Origin: Octopus sinensis
Lineage: Eukaryota
Reading direction: 5' to 3'
NCBI RefSeq assembly: GCF_006345805.1
Contig: NC_043006.1
Span: 17,980,001 to 18,044,000 of the forward strand
Length of the DNA stretch: 64,000 bases
The position numbers and the translations under genes were made by a program. This document shows positions 13,250 to 26,309 of the stretch, one piece after another (positions within the stretch are counted from its first letter, which is position 1; each line of letters begins with the position of its first letter). The notes below the pieces were generated by a model. The model saw nothing but the letters and a program-made list of their open reading frames with translations, had not been told where the DNA came from and made no database searches.

Positions 13250-15440
13250 ACAAAAAGAAACACAAAACCATCCGTTTGGAAATGAATTATGAATTTGTAA
13301 AAATGCACAATGGTGGTACAACTGAGAAAAACATTTGTGACAAATTTTCACTTAACTTGTCAACTGTTGGCACAATTCTCAAAGAAAAACAAAAATAAGA
13401 AACAGACAAAAAAGGGGGATCGGCTGGAAAATCACAACATTTATACCACAGTAAAAATCATAGGAAAAGCGTGGGATAACATCACTCAAAAGAATATGAA
13501 GGGCATTTGGAAAAATTTTTGCCCTCAATTTCTTAATGATTTCGAGGGTTTTGAATCACTACAAGAAAATGTACATGATGTCTTGCAAACAACTTGCACA
13601 TGCAAGTGCTACCAGTCAAAATCTCCGCATACCGGAATCCAGCAAGTGTATGGGTTCATCAGGAGAGAATGTGCGCCGTTTCGGGACCTACCTCTCGGCG
13701 GCATCAATGCGCACCGCCCCGCCCCCACTCACTGATATGTGGCCCCGCTTGCTAGATCAACTGGTTATCAAATAAGTTCAATATTCTTCTTATTTTCTCT
13801 ACATCTAAATTCTCAAAATTTCTTCTCTACATCCAAAAAAGAAACAGAAGAAATTATAAACCTGGCAAATGAATTGAATCTCAACATGTCAACAAGTAAC
13901 GTGGATGAGCTGCTTCAATCACAGTGGCATACTCATCAACAAAGAGCTTATTGCAATGCAAGAACAGGCAACAATAGAAGAGAAAAAGGACGCTGCCGAT
14001 GAAGCCCCAGCGAATGCATTAACATTGAAAGGACTCGTGGAAGCATTTCAACATTTGGATAGAGCCTTGGAAAATGGTCAAGCACAAGATCCAAAATTTG
14101 AACGGAGTGCAAAAGTTTCTACTACCATAACAAATGCTTCTGCATGTCACCGAGACATTTTTAGAGAGCAAAAAAAGCTTCTAGACCCGTTTTAAAAAAA
14201 ATATCTACAAGACTGTCAACGAGTGCTAGTGAACAGGCGATCACGTCTACAAGTGATGGTGTACGCAAGTCTAGTGTGAGTGAAAGTGATTCAAAAAGCA
14301 GTTATAACAAAGCACACTCAGAGAGCGCAAACGTCCACCAAGGCAACACCACTGTCCTCTCAACGATTAGCCAGAGATGATTTTTAAAATGAGACTATCT
14401 GAAATAAACTCGACTGCTCTCACAAACAAGAATACTATTTTTAAAATGAGACTATCTGAAATAAACCCAACTGCTCTCCAAAATTAAGTAAAAAAGACGG
14501 CAAAAAAAATCCAGAATCCTTGTCTGGTACCTGAACGATCCCAATGGTAGTTATGGTATGTGAAGGTGGTTGTAGAAAATTTAGTAACAGTAATAAATGG
14601 TTTATCCTTATCTACTACAAGCCAAAGTTAACAAATTCACCATTTAAAATAGTTACAGCCTAAAGGGAGATAATTGAGAAACACTTGAAAGTTAACGTAA
14701 GATCATAATCATGTAAAGTGAAGTAAATGTGGTGTATGCGAGAGATTTGAAATAAGGACACCTACCTTCTCTTCGCTCGACGGAGACCTTTCAGTGGTAA
14801 TGCACTCTTCCATACAGCTCGACCCGAACACTAGAAATAGCAGCTGCTTTTCCCCTACCTTAACAACGAGCTCATATGTCTAACTTCCTCGGTTACTTCG
14901 ATCGAAAGGCCCAATGCTGCCCTGCCTGCGCGTGCATCACTCCTGCCTATTCCTCTTCCGGTCAGCTCCCCAACTGCTGACGTCATCCCACAGTAAATAT
15001 AAAAAATAATACAGAATCCTTGTCCGGTACCAGATCGAACCCAAAATCTAATCAGTTTGTGCCAGTCACGAGGCCAAACATCCCTAAAAGTTTCATCCGA
15101 ACCCATCCAGCGGTTTTTGAGATATCTTGTCCACAGACAAACAAACATGGCTGAAAACAATACCTCCGCCTTCGCTAAGGCGGAAGTAATAATTATAATA
15201 ATTTATTATAAATGATCTTGACGTTCTTTTTACTTTACATAAAGTATTCTTTACATTCTACTGATGTTTTATTGTCATTTATTTACGAGTATTATAAATT
15301 TTATAGGTAAAGTATTTTTTACTGGGTACGAATTACAATTTATAACATTGCTGTCATGGGAAATTATTGCTCTGCTTTACTAGTTTTCGTTTTACGAGCA
15401 TCTCCGGGAATGAATTAACTCGTATATCGAGGCTTTATTG
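13250..15440 (+). mobile_element. Degraded Tigger/pogo-type transposon (internally deleted, interrupted)
   Basis: N-terminal HTH KTIRLEMNYEFVKMHNGG...FSLNLSTVGTILKEK (~13260-13390). C-terminal GKAWDNITQKNMKGIWKNFCPQF and LTLKGLVEAFQHLDRALE...DPKFERSAKV...RDIFREQKK. Right TIR CTCGTATATCGAGGCTTTATTG (15419-15440). Left TIR not seen. Confidence 0.78.
14305..15190 (+). mobile_element. Non-autonomous Helentron/Helitron-like element nested in the Tigger
   Basis: 5' AACAAAGCACACTCAGAGAGCGCAAACGTCCACCAAGG, 3' hairpin CCTCCGCCTTCGCTAAGGCGGAAG, (ACAA)n near the 3' end, internal ~59-bp tandem duplication (14380-14480). Class inferred from architecture. Confidence 0.5.
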
Positions 15441-16039
15441 CATATATGTGTGTGTGTGTGTGTGTGTATGTTTGTGTGTGTTTATGTCTGTGTTTGTGAC
15501 AACCGGTGTTGGTGTGTTTACATCCCTGTAACTTAGCGGTTCGGCAAAGATACCAATAAAATAAAGTATTAGGATTAAGAAATAAGTCCTGGGAGCTATT
15601 TATTCGACTAAAGCCCTTCGAGGCGGTGCTCCAACATGGGCGCATTCACTTAACTGAAACAAGTAAAAGAATAAAAGAACATTGCATAATATGTCATTTT
15701 ATGTACACCTGGTGTACTTAAATGCATGGCAATTTTTATTCTACAAAACTTGTAATTCTTTAGAGAAATTTTTAATGCTTACATTCTTTTACAATTCGGC
15801 GAACAAGTAATCACAGATGTCAATGTCTGTTCACCAAAAAAATCTGCTTTACCTACAGTGACAACATTTAAGTTAACGATGATGAAATTGAGGAAACAAA
15901 GTAATTGAGATTGAAGACGGTGAAATTGAAGCTGACGATGACGAATTTGAGATGAAACCCTGTATGTCATAAAGTATCTAGGACTACATTATCAAATGTG
16001 CCTTTTTCTTAAAAGATGATAGGAGTGATTTGATTAAGA

Positions 16040-16345
16040 TTTAGCTGTTATTTCTTGTTCGAAAGACTATGTAGAGGCTGACTTGTGCATCTATCGCCTT
16101 GTCATATTCATTGTGTCACTTTTTAAAAATTGGTAATATGTCATTTGATGAAGTTTGACTGCTATTTCTTGTTGTTTGCGCAACCCATAGAGGCTGACAT
16201 GTGTAACTGTCATCTTCACACAAAGTAACCCGGACTCTCTTATCTATTGTGTCATTTTTTAAAGAAATGATGGGATATGATTTTATTAACATTTGGCTGC
16301 TATTTCTAGTCAGTCGAACGACTTCATAGAGGCTGACTTATGTAA
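16040..16345 (+). repeat. Three diverged ~125-bp direct repeats
   Basis: Each carries TTTRGCTGYTATTTCT...ATAGAGGCTGAC. Confidence 0.6.
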
Positions 16346-17829
16346 CTGTCACCTTGTCAGTTTATAAGCAGGTGAGAAAGAAAAATAAAACATCACAAAA
16401 TGGCTAATATTTTATCTCAAGGGAAAGTAAATGTTCCTGTTTACGTAAACGATGATGAATTCGATGACATGGCGGGAGTTTTTGTTTTTGCTTTTTAAAA
16501 TGGCTTCCTGTTTATGAAGCGCAATTTATTATTCATTATTTTTCTTATTCTCAAAATATATAACATTGTTATAACAATTTTAAATGAAAAGAAAAAGACA
16601 TTGGTTGTTCTATTTGTTTATCGTAAGTAAAATAAACAAACAATAACATATATTATATCAACAAAGAAATCTTTATCTATCGAAAGAAAAAACTCCAAAT
16701 GCCAAAAGGAAGTTTTTTAAATTGTTACACGATGATCGTATGTTATTTTCGCCTGAAATATTTATTGTCCTATCTTCTGTCTCGTACATATGCTAATGCA
16801 AAATTGTAAAAGCATCTCTTGCCGTAACTTGAATCATAAATTTTCACTTCGATTAATATCGATATTTCGTAGTGACAGCTGCATCCAAACAGAAATATGT
16901 CGTTTCTTTTTTTAAGTTCCTTATTTTATTTTACTTTAATTTTATTTCTCGACTTCTTTAGAGTGGTTAGGTCAATGAACGAGCTCTAACTATTAGTGCG
17001 TTATTTCCTACCTTATCTGCTTATTTTGCTGATATGAAAAGATTAAAAAAAAAAGAGACAAAAATACTCTTTACTTCAATATTTGAAAACCAGTCTGAAA
17101 CGTTTCGTAACATTTCGAACAACAAATCTTTCTTAGAACAACTGATGTCTGTTGCATAAAGTTCTGTGAGGAGAGAGAGAGAGAGTAATTTGAAATAAGA
17201 AATAAACTATTTGTTTTAATGTCTTGAGAGCTACAATTGTTTCATGATATAAAACTGTGGCTGCCAATCCCGATACTAATCTTTTCACGGAATCTCCAAA
17301 TACAAGTTAACCCCCCCCCCCAAATAAATGCTTGATATTCGTGGAAGGGGGGGGGGGAATTGTTTTATGATATTGACATCCTACAACGGTGTACAAATGT
17401 GCCGATGATTGGAACAAGATACTCAATTTATAACAAGTTATCATCTTAAACACGGGCGGACCGGATGGGGGGTCGGGCTGAGGAGCACGTGCCCCACTCA
17501 AGAAAAGAAATGCGCCCTTCTAAATAATGTTATTACGCCTTTTCCTCCTGGAATTGTTCTGATGTTGTGCCCCCCCCTCCACTTCCAAAAATTCCTAGGA
17601 CCACGCTTGCTAAAAGTATAAATGCAATTGGATCTTTGGTACTAGTAGCGTAGACTGGACCCGGTTTGCGCAGACGCGCGTCCGCGCTAGCCAGACGTAG
17701 GCAGTCGATCCTACGAGCTGACTGGCGCATGCACGATATATACTTGTATACGATATATACTTGTATCGCACGTCCCCGATTCGCGCATCCAACCACAAAT
17801 CTTAATCTGAAAATTTTCAAAAAATGTAT

Positions 17830-18221
17830 CCTCTGTGTGAAAAGTCTGGCTGCATACACGTTAGCATATGTCAGGTGCATACAATTGACAACACAATTAA
17901 TTATGATTTATTCAGTGAGTTCTATTCAACACATGTTTACACGTGGAATTAGCAGAATCATTAGAAACTTTAGATGGCTCGCAGCCAATAAAGTTGAACT
18001 GAAAAACCCTGCAACGAGGCATGAATTGCACGAAGCCGTCTTGCAGTCTTGGGAAGAGCTATCTGAGCGGAAAATTCGTGGATGTATTCAACATCAAAGT
18101 TGTGTTCGGCGTCAAATAGTTGACTGTCGTGGTGGTAACAGATTCGTGTAATAAATTTTGTTTTTATTTTTGTTTCATAATATATATTATTTCGGATGCA
18201 GCCAGACTTTTCACACAGAGG
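17830..18221 (+). mobile_element. ~390-bp deleted Tc1-like element
   Basis: 26-bp TIRs CCTCTGTGTGAAAAGTCTGGCTGCAT / ATGCAGCCAGACTTTTCACACAGAGG-TA. Retains a transposase C-terminus (NPATRHELHEAVLQSWEELSERKIRGCIQ...VDCRGGNRFV). Confidence 0.82.
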
Positions 18222-18370
18222 TACTTTTTTATGTAATTTTGCATGCTGATGGCGAATACTGCAGTTATTATTTTGGAAAGCTTATAATAAAGAAGATAGA
18301 CACATTTAAATTTTCATATTTCACTTACATATGAATTTCAAGCCGGAGTCCTCATAAGCAGAAGTCGAAA

Positions 18371-19128
18371 TTGTTTGTTATCTTGGCAACTCCAGTGTAT
18401 CGTTGTTTACTCATGATGGTGGACGGATTGACTTCTGATGATGGAAGCACTCCGTCGGTTACGACGATGAGGGTTCCGGTTGATCCGAATCAATGGAACA
18501 GCCTGCTCGTGAAATTAACGTGTAAGTGGCTGAGCACTCCACAGACACGTGCACCCTTAACGTAGTTCTCGGGGATATTCAGCGTGACAGAGAGAGTGAC
18601 AAGGCCGGCCCTTTGAAATACAGGTACAACAGAAACAGGAAGTAAGAGTGAGAGAAAGTTGTGGTGAAAGAGTACAGCAGGGATCACCACCATCCCCTGC
18701 CGGAGCCTCGTGGAGCTTTAGGATTGACTTCTACTAGGTTTTGTAAGGAGGAATTAGAGACTGGTATCACTTTCGCAGTAGACTATAAATATTATTTCCT
18801 GGAGATTTGCGCGGAAAATTTGCTTCACAATCCAATGAAGATTGATGATGGTCTCGGTAGAATTGCTGAAACATACGAAACTATTTTCAAGGAGAAATGG
18901 TTAGTCGAACTGTGGGTTTTCGGAAGTGTGCGTCGCGAGACTCGAGAATTTGTTTTTTATTTTCTTTTCGCTGTGCCCTCTCAAGATTGTGATACATTCA
19001 CAGATTGCATTCGACAATCAATTCTGCCGCCAACAACTATTTACAGTGGCCTCTGGCGCACATACTCGCGTATTCCTGAGATACAACATTACGACTACAA
19101 AACATTCAACGCCGGAAGTTTTCTTTAA
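18371..19128 (+). pseudogene. Merlin (IS1016/IS1595-like) DDE transposase remnant interrupted by a SINE
   Basis: Removing the SINE and one TSD joins VDGLTS to TRFCKEELETGITFAVDYKYYFLEICAENLLHNPMKIDDGLGRIAETYETIF...WVFGSVRRETRE...AVPSQD...ILPPTTIYSGLWRTYSRI, matching the Merlin pattern GGPGxIVEIDET...WVFG...TIxSDxWxAY. The catalytic aspartates are substituted. Confidence 0.8.
18437..18720 (-). mobile_element. 5'-truncated copy of the tRNA(Arg)-like SINE
   Basis: Matches the 3' part of 33901-34287; 12-bp TSD GGATTGACTTCT (18425-18436 / 18721-18732). Confidence 0.88.
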
Positions 19129-19617
19129 GTCATGTGAAATGTTGAAAGACGCATATGATACGAAAACAATAACTGAATGATAAATTACAGAAAAATAAAC
19201 TGCAATTCAGTTCATGTAAAAAAAATACATATTTTATAGCAAGGTCGTTAAATTACGAGAAAATAAATTCTAGTGCAGTTCATGTAGGAAAAACAACGTA
19301 AGCTACATGTGGTTGGACGTGTAAGCAACAGACGAGTAAGCAGACTACACAACAGCTTGGCTTGCTACAATCGAATCAGGCACCAATGTGTCTGTGGGTT
19401 TCAATTGGCTAAAATTACCCAAAATTGACAAACTTTAAAAGCTATTAACTTTTTATTTTTTATTTATGGCAAAAAATAATTTCATTTTCATAATTAGCAT
19501 ACAAAATTAGATCAATACACCAAATTTGGAATCAATTGGAATAAAATTGAAGGAATTGAAAAGTGAAACCCCCAAAATCCTTTTCATGTGTGTTTTGTTT
19601 TTTTTTATTAAATTCTT

Positions 19618-20018
19618 GGATCTTTTCGGTTTGAACGGCAGTTTTTTCTAGCGGTGTCATATGAAATTGTCACCCATAATTATGACCCTAGTATCAATCT
19701 GTTTTAGCGTTAGTTAGGGTTAGGGGTGGGGGGAAGGGTATCTTTTTTTTCTTCACAAATGTAAATAAACCCAATCTGTTTCTTAAACGAGGGACATATT
19801 CATACGGCACAGAATGTTTTTTTTTACCTCAATAGACGTCATTGATTGGTTGAAATTGAAGAAAAAAACAACAAATATCTTACAAACTATAGAATTTTCT
19901 CAATAAAGCCAAGAGAAAAAGATGTTTTATAAACACATTCTACCAGTATACGAAGTTTAAAAGTGTTTAGTTACGTGGAAATTATTTTTAAAAACTGCCG
20001 TTCAAACCGAAGAGATCC
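19618..20018. mobile_element. Merlin-type MITE, copy 1
   Basis: ~28-bp TIRs beginning GGATCTTTTCGGTTTGAACGGCAGTTTT; exact 8-bp TSD AAATTCTT on both sides. Confidence 0.82.
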
Positions 20019-20330
20019 AAATTCTTTTTTTATATATAAAAAAAAAACTTCTCTTTTCGTTTGTTTACTTTCGTTAAATTCTTTTATAGTAAAAACAATT
20101 CAATTTTCACGGTTCGCTTTGATTGCATTTCCAGCGACAGTCTGTTTGTTGCCATGAGAATTATGACAGCAAGTAGTTTCTATTTCCGCATGTGAGGACA
20201 CGGATTCCTTTTTGTGTTGAAAATTTGAAAACAATCCATTGAGAATTGAAAGATCTTCAAACAACTGGGGGGTAAAAAAACGAAAAAAGATCTACGCAAT
20301 TCTTTATTAGCTACACTTGCATATATATAT

Positions 20331-20498
20331 ATTATATTAAATTAGAGATAAAACCACTATTAGGCAAATCAAACAGTGAAAAACATAAGCCAATACATAA
20401 AATTAATTTAAAATATAAAAGTTAAAAATATAAGCCAAATATAAGTTTTTCACTGTTTGATTTGCCTAATAGTGGTTTTATCTCTAATTTAATATAAT
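20331..20498. repeat. Inverted repeat, 54-bp perfect arms, 60-bp spacer
   Basis: 20331-20384 is the reverse complement of 20445-20498; next to (TA)n. Confidence 0.9.
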
Positions 20499-20589
20499 AT
20501 ATATAATATAATATATTTATACTATAAAATTGGATTTAATCCTAAATCTCATTTTTCCCTGTAAGTTTGGATTTATTCCCTAATATTAT

Positions 20590-20623
<34 letters not shown>

Positions 20624-21217
20624 CCGGTTTAGTAAATGTTTTTATCTTCATTTCACTTAATTTATCAAGCTTCTGTATTCCTAGCACATATTTCGCCTTA
20701 ATGTACTGATATATGAAAAATATATGGCTTGTGTTAGTAATACCAGCGATTATAATTATTTTTTTATTCTATCGCAATTTGATTTGTTTATATATATATA
20801 TATATATATATAGCAAGTCATACATGCATACATACGGATTACAAATGTACAGTTATACCAATAATAATTGGAGCACTTGGTTCTGGGAGTAAATGCCTAA
20901 CTGTCAATCTGGATAAGTGTGTATTTTCAGAAAAAGAAAGCAAACGATTCGTGCATTACAAATACAGTCAGTAAGAAGAACGGAAAAACTATGCTAGCCT
21001 TTTCTCGTGTTTAAAATGTGACATTGTTTTCGTTATCTATATTCCAAAGATGGAGATTTGTATCTTTCTTAGAAATCAGCTCTTTCTTAAGAGGAAAAAT
21101 TCAACAGCTATCAACCAAGTTGGTGGTAGAGACTTGATACATACATATAACTTCATTGTAAAGCGTATGAAAATGATTTTGAGAAGACTAGGGACCTGTT
21201 ACAATCCCACACATACA

Positions 21218-21415
21218 TGAAGAGGTGCTGAAAAGTTCCTGGTTTTGGATAAAAGAAAAGAAGAAGAATCAGTTATGATTTTATTCATCATATTCACCTC
21301 TCAGACTCACACACTCATTGTAGCAGTCCTTACTGTAAAAGAACTCGGAAAGTTGGTCCTCCAACCGGGCCTTTCACGATGCCCTTAAAGCCAAGAACAT
21401 TTCAGCATCCCCTCG
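21218..21415. mobile_element. ~200-bp Tc1/mariner-type MITE
   Basis: Imperfect TIRs TGAAGAGGTGCTGAAAAGTTCCTGG / CCAAGAACATTTCAGCATCCCCTCG-TA. Confidence 0.55.
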
Positions 21416-21704
21416 TAGGTAGGTAGTGTCCCAGGATGGCTGCAGTTAATGACGAAGACAGGTGTATGAACAACAAGCAGGTGTATTAGTTTGACGCTCG
21501 GGGAAGTGAGAAAGTCTTTTAGGTTTCGAGCTTGCGCTCTTCAGCTATAAATAATTTTCGTTTTCATTCACTTTGGAATTACTTTTTTTTATCGTGGTTT
21601 GAGTTTAACTGCCCTTTCTATCATGTAAGGCGTTCTGTCAGGGTCATCCCTCTGTGTAAAAATCCTTATACACTCTTATATATGTATATGTGTGTGTGTG
21701 TGTG

Positions 21705-22154
21705 TTGGATCATCCCTTAAATAATGCGGCTTTTTCAATTGCATGAACTAAAAATCGGAGGGGGAGGGGATAAACTAACTGCATCAAATTGCTATAAAAT
21801 CAGGTAGTAATTTTACCTTGTGCTTATTCTTAGTGCAAGTTTTGAAGAGTGCAGTTCGATTTTAACAGTTATTTTTTTCAAAACTATAATCGAAGTGATA
21901 AAAGAGCAAATTCGGCATATTTTGCTTTGGACGGAAAAAATATGAATTCTGTAAACAATTGTCAGAACAGTACTGGAGTATTTTTCGTCACGAACAAGTG
22001 AATTTTGGAAGAGGGGCCTTTTGGAAGAGTCTACCAGAGCATTGTAGAAAATAAAGGAGAGTATATTTTAGATTTAAAAAGAACTTTGCTTATCTTAATT
22101 TTGAAAAATAAAAGAAGTATAAAAGAAAACCCCTTTATTTATGAGACGACCCAA
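21705..22154 (+). mobile_element. 450-bp internal-deletion derivative of the same mariner family as 52714-54002
   Basis: Same TIR type (TTGGATCATCCCTTAAATAATGCGG ... TTATTTATGAGACGACCCAA-TA). The start of the transposase (catattttgcttt) is joined directly to its end (ggacggaaaaaatatgaattctgta). Confidence 0.85.
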
Positions 22155-22656
22155 TATATATATATATATAATCCATCACTGCTACTATGTGAGGTAACTA
22201 TAAGTAAGTGCCCCTCGTGGGTAATAAAGAAATCGGTAACTATAAGTAAGTATTTCAGTCGCGGTAACACTATAGCATTGTCGTATGTTTTATTAGTATG
22301 CCAAGCAAAGTTCAATACGCCCGGAATAAGTCACTACATGGGGACGCCAATACTCTGTATTATTTCCCTAAATCCCTACGAAAATTGGAATCTCCATTGG
22401 TACTACCAGTTGACCGATGAAACAGACTTCCACCATGACATAAGCTTAATGCCAGAGATAATTATAATACTGTCAGATGTCATTCGCAAGCTGTGATGGT
22501 GACGTGTACCATGCTTTTGCTAATAAGCAGCGCAAGTAGACATAGACAGCTTGTTCGTTCAGCCCTTTCAGCCATTTTCTAACGGAATATCCAGAATGTA
22601 ACACCTTGAAGGACAGAGGGTTACATCTACGCCAAATCGATATTCATTAGAGCTGA

Positions 22657-23073
22657 GGCGGCGAGCTGGCAGAAACGTTAGCACGCCGGGTGAAATGCTT
22701 TGCGGTATTTCGCCTGCCGCTACGTTGTGAATTCAAATTCCGCCGTGGTCGACTTTGCTTTTCATCCTTTCGGGATCGATAAATTAAGTACCTCTTACGC
22801 ACTGAGGTCGATGTAATCAACTTAATACCTATGTCTGTCCTTGTTTGTCCCCTCTATGTTTAGCCCCTTGTGGGTAATAAAGAAATAGGTATTTCGTCTG
22901 CCGTTACGTTGAGTTCAAATTCCGCCGAGGTCGACTTTGCCTTTCATCCTTTCAGGGTCGATAAATTAAGTACTAGTTATGCACTGAGGTCGATGTAATC
23001 GACTTAATACCTATGTCTGTCCTTGTTTGTCCCCTCTGTGTTTAGCCCCTTGTGGGTAGTAAATAAATAGGTA
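22657..23073 (+). mobile_element. tRNA-derived SINE family B with tandemly duplicated 3' body
   Basis: Head GGCGGCGAGCTGGCAGAAACGTTAGCACGCCGG, B-box-like GAATTCAAATTCC/GAGTTCAAATTCC, ~170-bp body present twice. Confidence 0.82.
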
Positions 23074-24748
23074 TTCATTATAGCTCAGTAGCCTGGAATA
23101 ACGTAGAATGAAGTGCCTTGTTAAAGGACACAACACAGCCCGGTCCGGTCCAGGAATTGAACCCGTAACCTTGTGTTCGTGAGTTGAATAGCCTAACCTC
23201 TTGGCTACACGCTTTCAAGATATAGTCTAAGGGAAGAGAAATGAAATTGTGTGTCGTTAATATCTTTCTGAAATTGTGTCTTTACTCAGGTATCGAAAGT
23301 GAATCGTAGATTCTATTTTGTTGAAAACTTTACACCGATCTACTTTAAAATGAGGCGCGTGTTTCCATATTTAAAGCAGTCGATGATGAATTCTGATATC
23401 TCTCCTACGCACAATATGAACGTCATTTAATTCACGTGATGTTAAGTAATTTAGGATCAAAGACGAAAAACAAAGTGTTTTGTAAAGAGTTTGTAGGTCT
23501 AATTAAGGAAACTTACTGTCTTGTACACGTTAGAGTAAAAACACAATTCTAAGAAAAAAGTAAGGAATTAATTCCTGATATCAGATTCTAAGAAGATAGG
23601 ACAACGTTGACAAAGTTGGGCGAATGTATGATCCTAAATTTCCTTTCCTCATTACAGTATCTGTTACTATTAATATAGTTGCAATTCATCAAACAGGATG
23701 TTTTCTCTGTGTGAAAATGACACTGAATATATTAGCTATAAATTAAAAGTACAGCAATAAGTTTAGAACAAGCAGCTTGAAATAACAACTTAGGGAAGTG
23801 GAATGAAACTGAAGGGATTGGGTTTGTGTATTTACGAAGTTATTTAATGACAGTGTACGACATATTATTGACCTCTAAGCAATAGTTCTGCAACAGAAGC
23901 ACACTCTTGATTTGCATACGTTTTCCTAGCGATCAACAAGAATCCAAGACAGCAGTATAATTTCAAGTTGTTAAGAGGTGATAAATGCAAATGAAATGAG
24001 TAAAATGGCTTCCAATAACCAGTTACTGTTACTTTAACAACGCTATGGTATTTCTTTCTTAACTACCGTTATTACCAGTTTTGTAGACTGCGAGCGCGTC
24101 ATGGCTGCCCCTTCCGGTCAACCCCAGTTCCGGTCAGCTCCCCAGCTGCTGACGTCATCCCACAGAGAAGTATCACTTACACCAGCTAGAATGAGTCTAT
24201 GGTAGATTTCGTCACATTAATGAAACGTGTAGTTGTTGTTGTTTAGCCCTAAAGTCAATTCTGGTCGAGCAAACTTTGGTTAAAAGACTTTCCTATCGTG
24301 ACTACCACACTTTTTAAATCTACATTGCGTTGTCTGCGACATCCAACATTATTCGAGTCAACAGAGTTTGATTTGAGGGTTTACACGAAAAAAGATTTTT
24401 GCAACGAACCGTTTACTTGAATGGATTATCAGACCGCTGCCATCGCTACTATCACTTCTATCCTTCTACCTGGACTCCATTATTCCAGAGAGAGAGAGAG
24501 AGGTCTGACAGAGAGTGAAAAATGAAAGATTAAAAAGAGAGTGCAAGGGGAACAAAGACAGTTTTATGTTGAAACAAACGTGGTTTTGAATCTTTCTTCT
24601 CCTGACACTACCACTTTGTGTGTGTTCTTCCATTTTAATGACGAATAATAGTATATATACGATTTTATGGGTCGTTTTGTAATTTCTGACATACGTACAC
24701 AACTCTCTTTCATACACGCACGCACACACACCATACATACATATACAT

Positions 24749-24825
<77 letters not shown>

Positions 24826-24827
<2 letters not shown>

Positions 24828-25602
24828 CAAAATTAGAGAATGGAGAAACATACTTAAATCAATAAAACATCAACTATCCGATGATACCCAATCAATACTT
24901 TAATACACCATTACATATGAGTAAAGGCATTATATAAAATGAGATATACAGTAATAGTAAAAAGATAAAGAGATATAAGTAAAAAATTTTCAAATATAAT
25001 ATGCAATTAAATCAAAACTGACAGCTGTTTCGGCAGTGAGGGCAGTCATACCTCATTTAACCTCTAAGCCATAAAGGCAGGTATAAATGAGGCATTAACA
25101 AGGATGCCCCACGGCCTCTTCAGAGAATTAAATTAAATTTGTTATAATTGTGAAAAATATAATATAACCATATACATATAAATATAAAAATATAAAAATG
25201 TAAAATATAAAAATATAAAAACTTATACATCATAATGCTACACTTATATAATATAATACTTATTGGTACAATAAAGGAAGGTAAACAGAACAAAATAAAA
25301 CAAAATATATCAGTGTATATACTAATATTAATAAGTACCGATATTATACATATTTGGCTAATAGTTTTTTTTAAAAAAACTAACACATAGGGAGATGAAA
25401 AATAATAATTAAAACCATGGTTCAGTTCATAAAATTCTAAAGCTATGAAAGTTAATAAAAATTACTATTAATATTAATAATAATAATAATAATAATAAAA
25501 ATAATAATAATAATAATAGATACAGTTAAGTTAGCACCAAGTCCATCCTTTCAAGATCGAAATCTTGAAAGGATGGACTTGGTGCTAACTTAACTGTATC
25601 TA

Positions 25603-25640
<38 letters not shown>

Positions 25641-26309
25641 TATTATTATTATTATTAATATTAATAGTAATTTTTATTAACTTTCATAGCTTTAGAATTT
25701 TATGAACTGAACCATGGTTTTAATTATTATTTTTCATCTCCCTATGTGTTAGTTTTTTTTAAAAAAACTATTAGCCAAATATGTATAATATCGGTACTTA
25801 TTAATATTAGTATATACACTGATATATATTTTGTTTTATTTTGTTCTGTTTACCTTCCTTTATTGTACCAATAAGTATTATATTATATAAGTGTAGCATT
25901 ATGATGTATAAGTTTTTATATTTTTTATATTTTACATTTTTATATTTTTATATTTATATGTATATGGTTATATTATATTTTTCACAATTATAACAAATTT
26001 AATTTAATTCTCTGAAGAGGCCGTGGGGCATCCTTGTTAATGCCTCATTTATACCTGCCTTTATGGCTTAGAGGTTAAATGAGGTATGACTGCCCTCACT
26101 GCCGAAACAGCTGTCAGTTTTGATTTAATTGCATATTATATTTGAAAATTTTTTACTTATATCTCTTTATCTTTTTACTATTACTGTATATCTCATTTTA
26201 TATAATGCCTTTACTCATATGTAATGGTGTATTAAAGTATTGATTGGGTATCATCGGATAGTTGATGTTTTATTGATTTAAGTATGTTTCTCCATTCTCT
26301 AATTTTGTA
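24826..26309. repeat. ~1.48-kb near-perfect palindrome (~730-bp arms, 4-nt loop CGAA at 25558-25561)
   Basis: Arms checked at several anchor points; differences confined to homopolymer and microsatellite tracts. Confidence 0.95.

Noticed and set aside
19700-19735. TTAGGG motifs (also 55402-55421 and 38600-38620) as interstitial telomere
   Set aside because: Only one or two exact units, and two of the three lie inside the Merlin MITE.
26075-26122. Intact hammerhead in the giant palindrome
   Set aside because: GAAACAGCTGTC and stem II are present, but the core reads TAAATGA and stem I is weak; treated as decayed.
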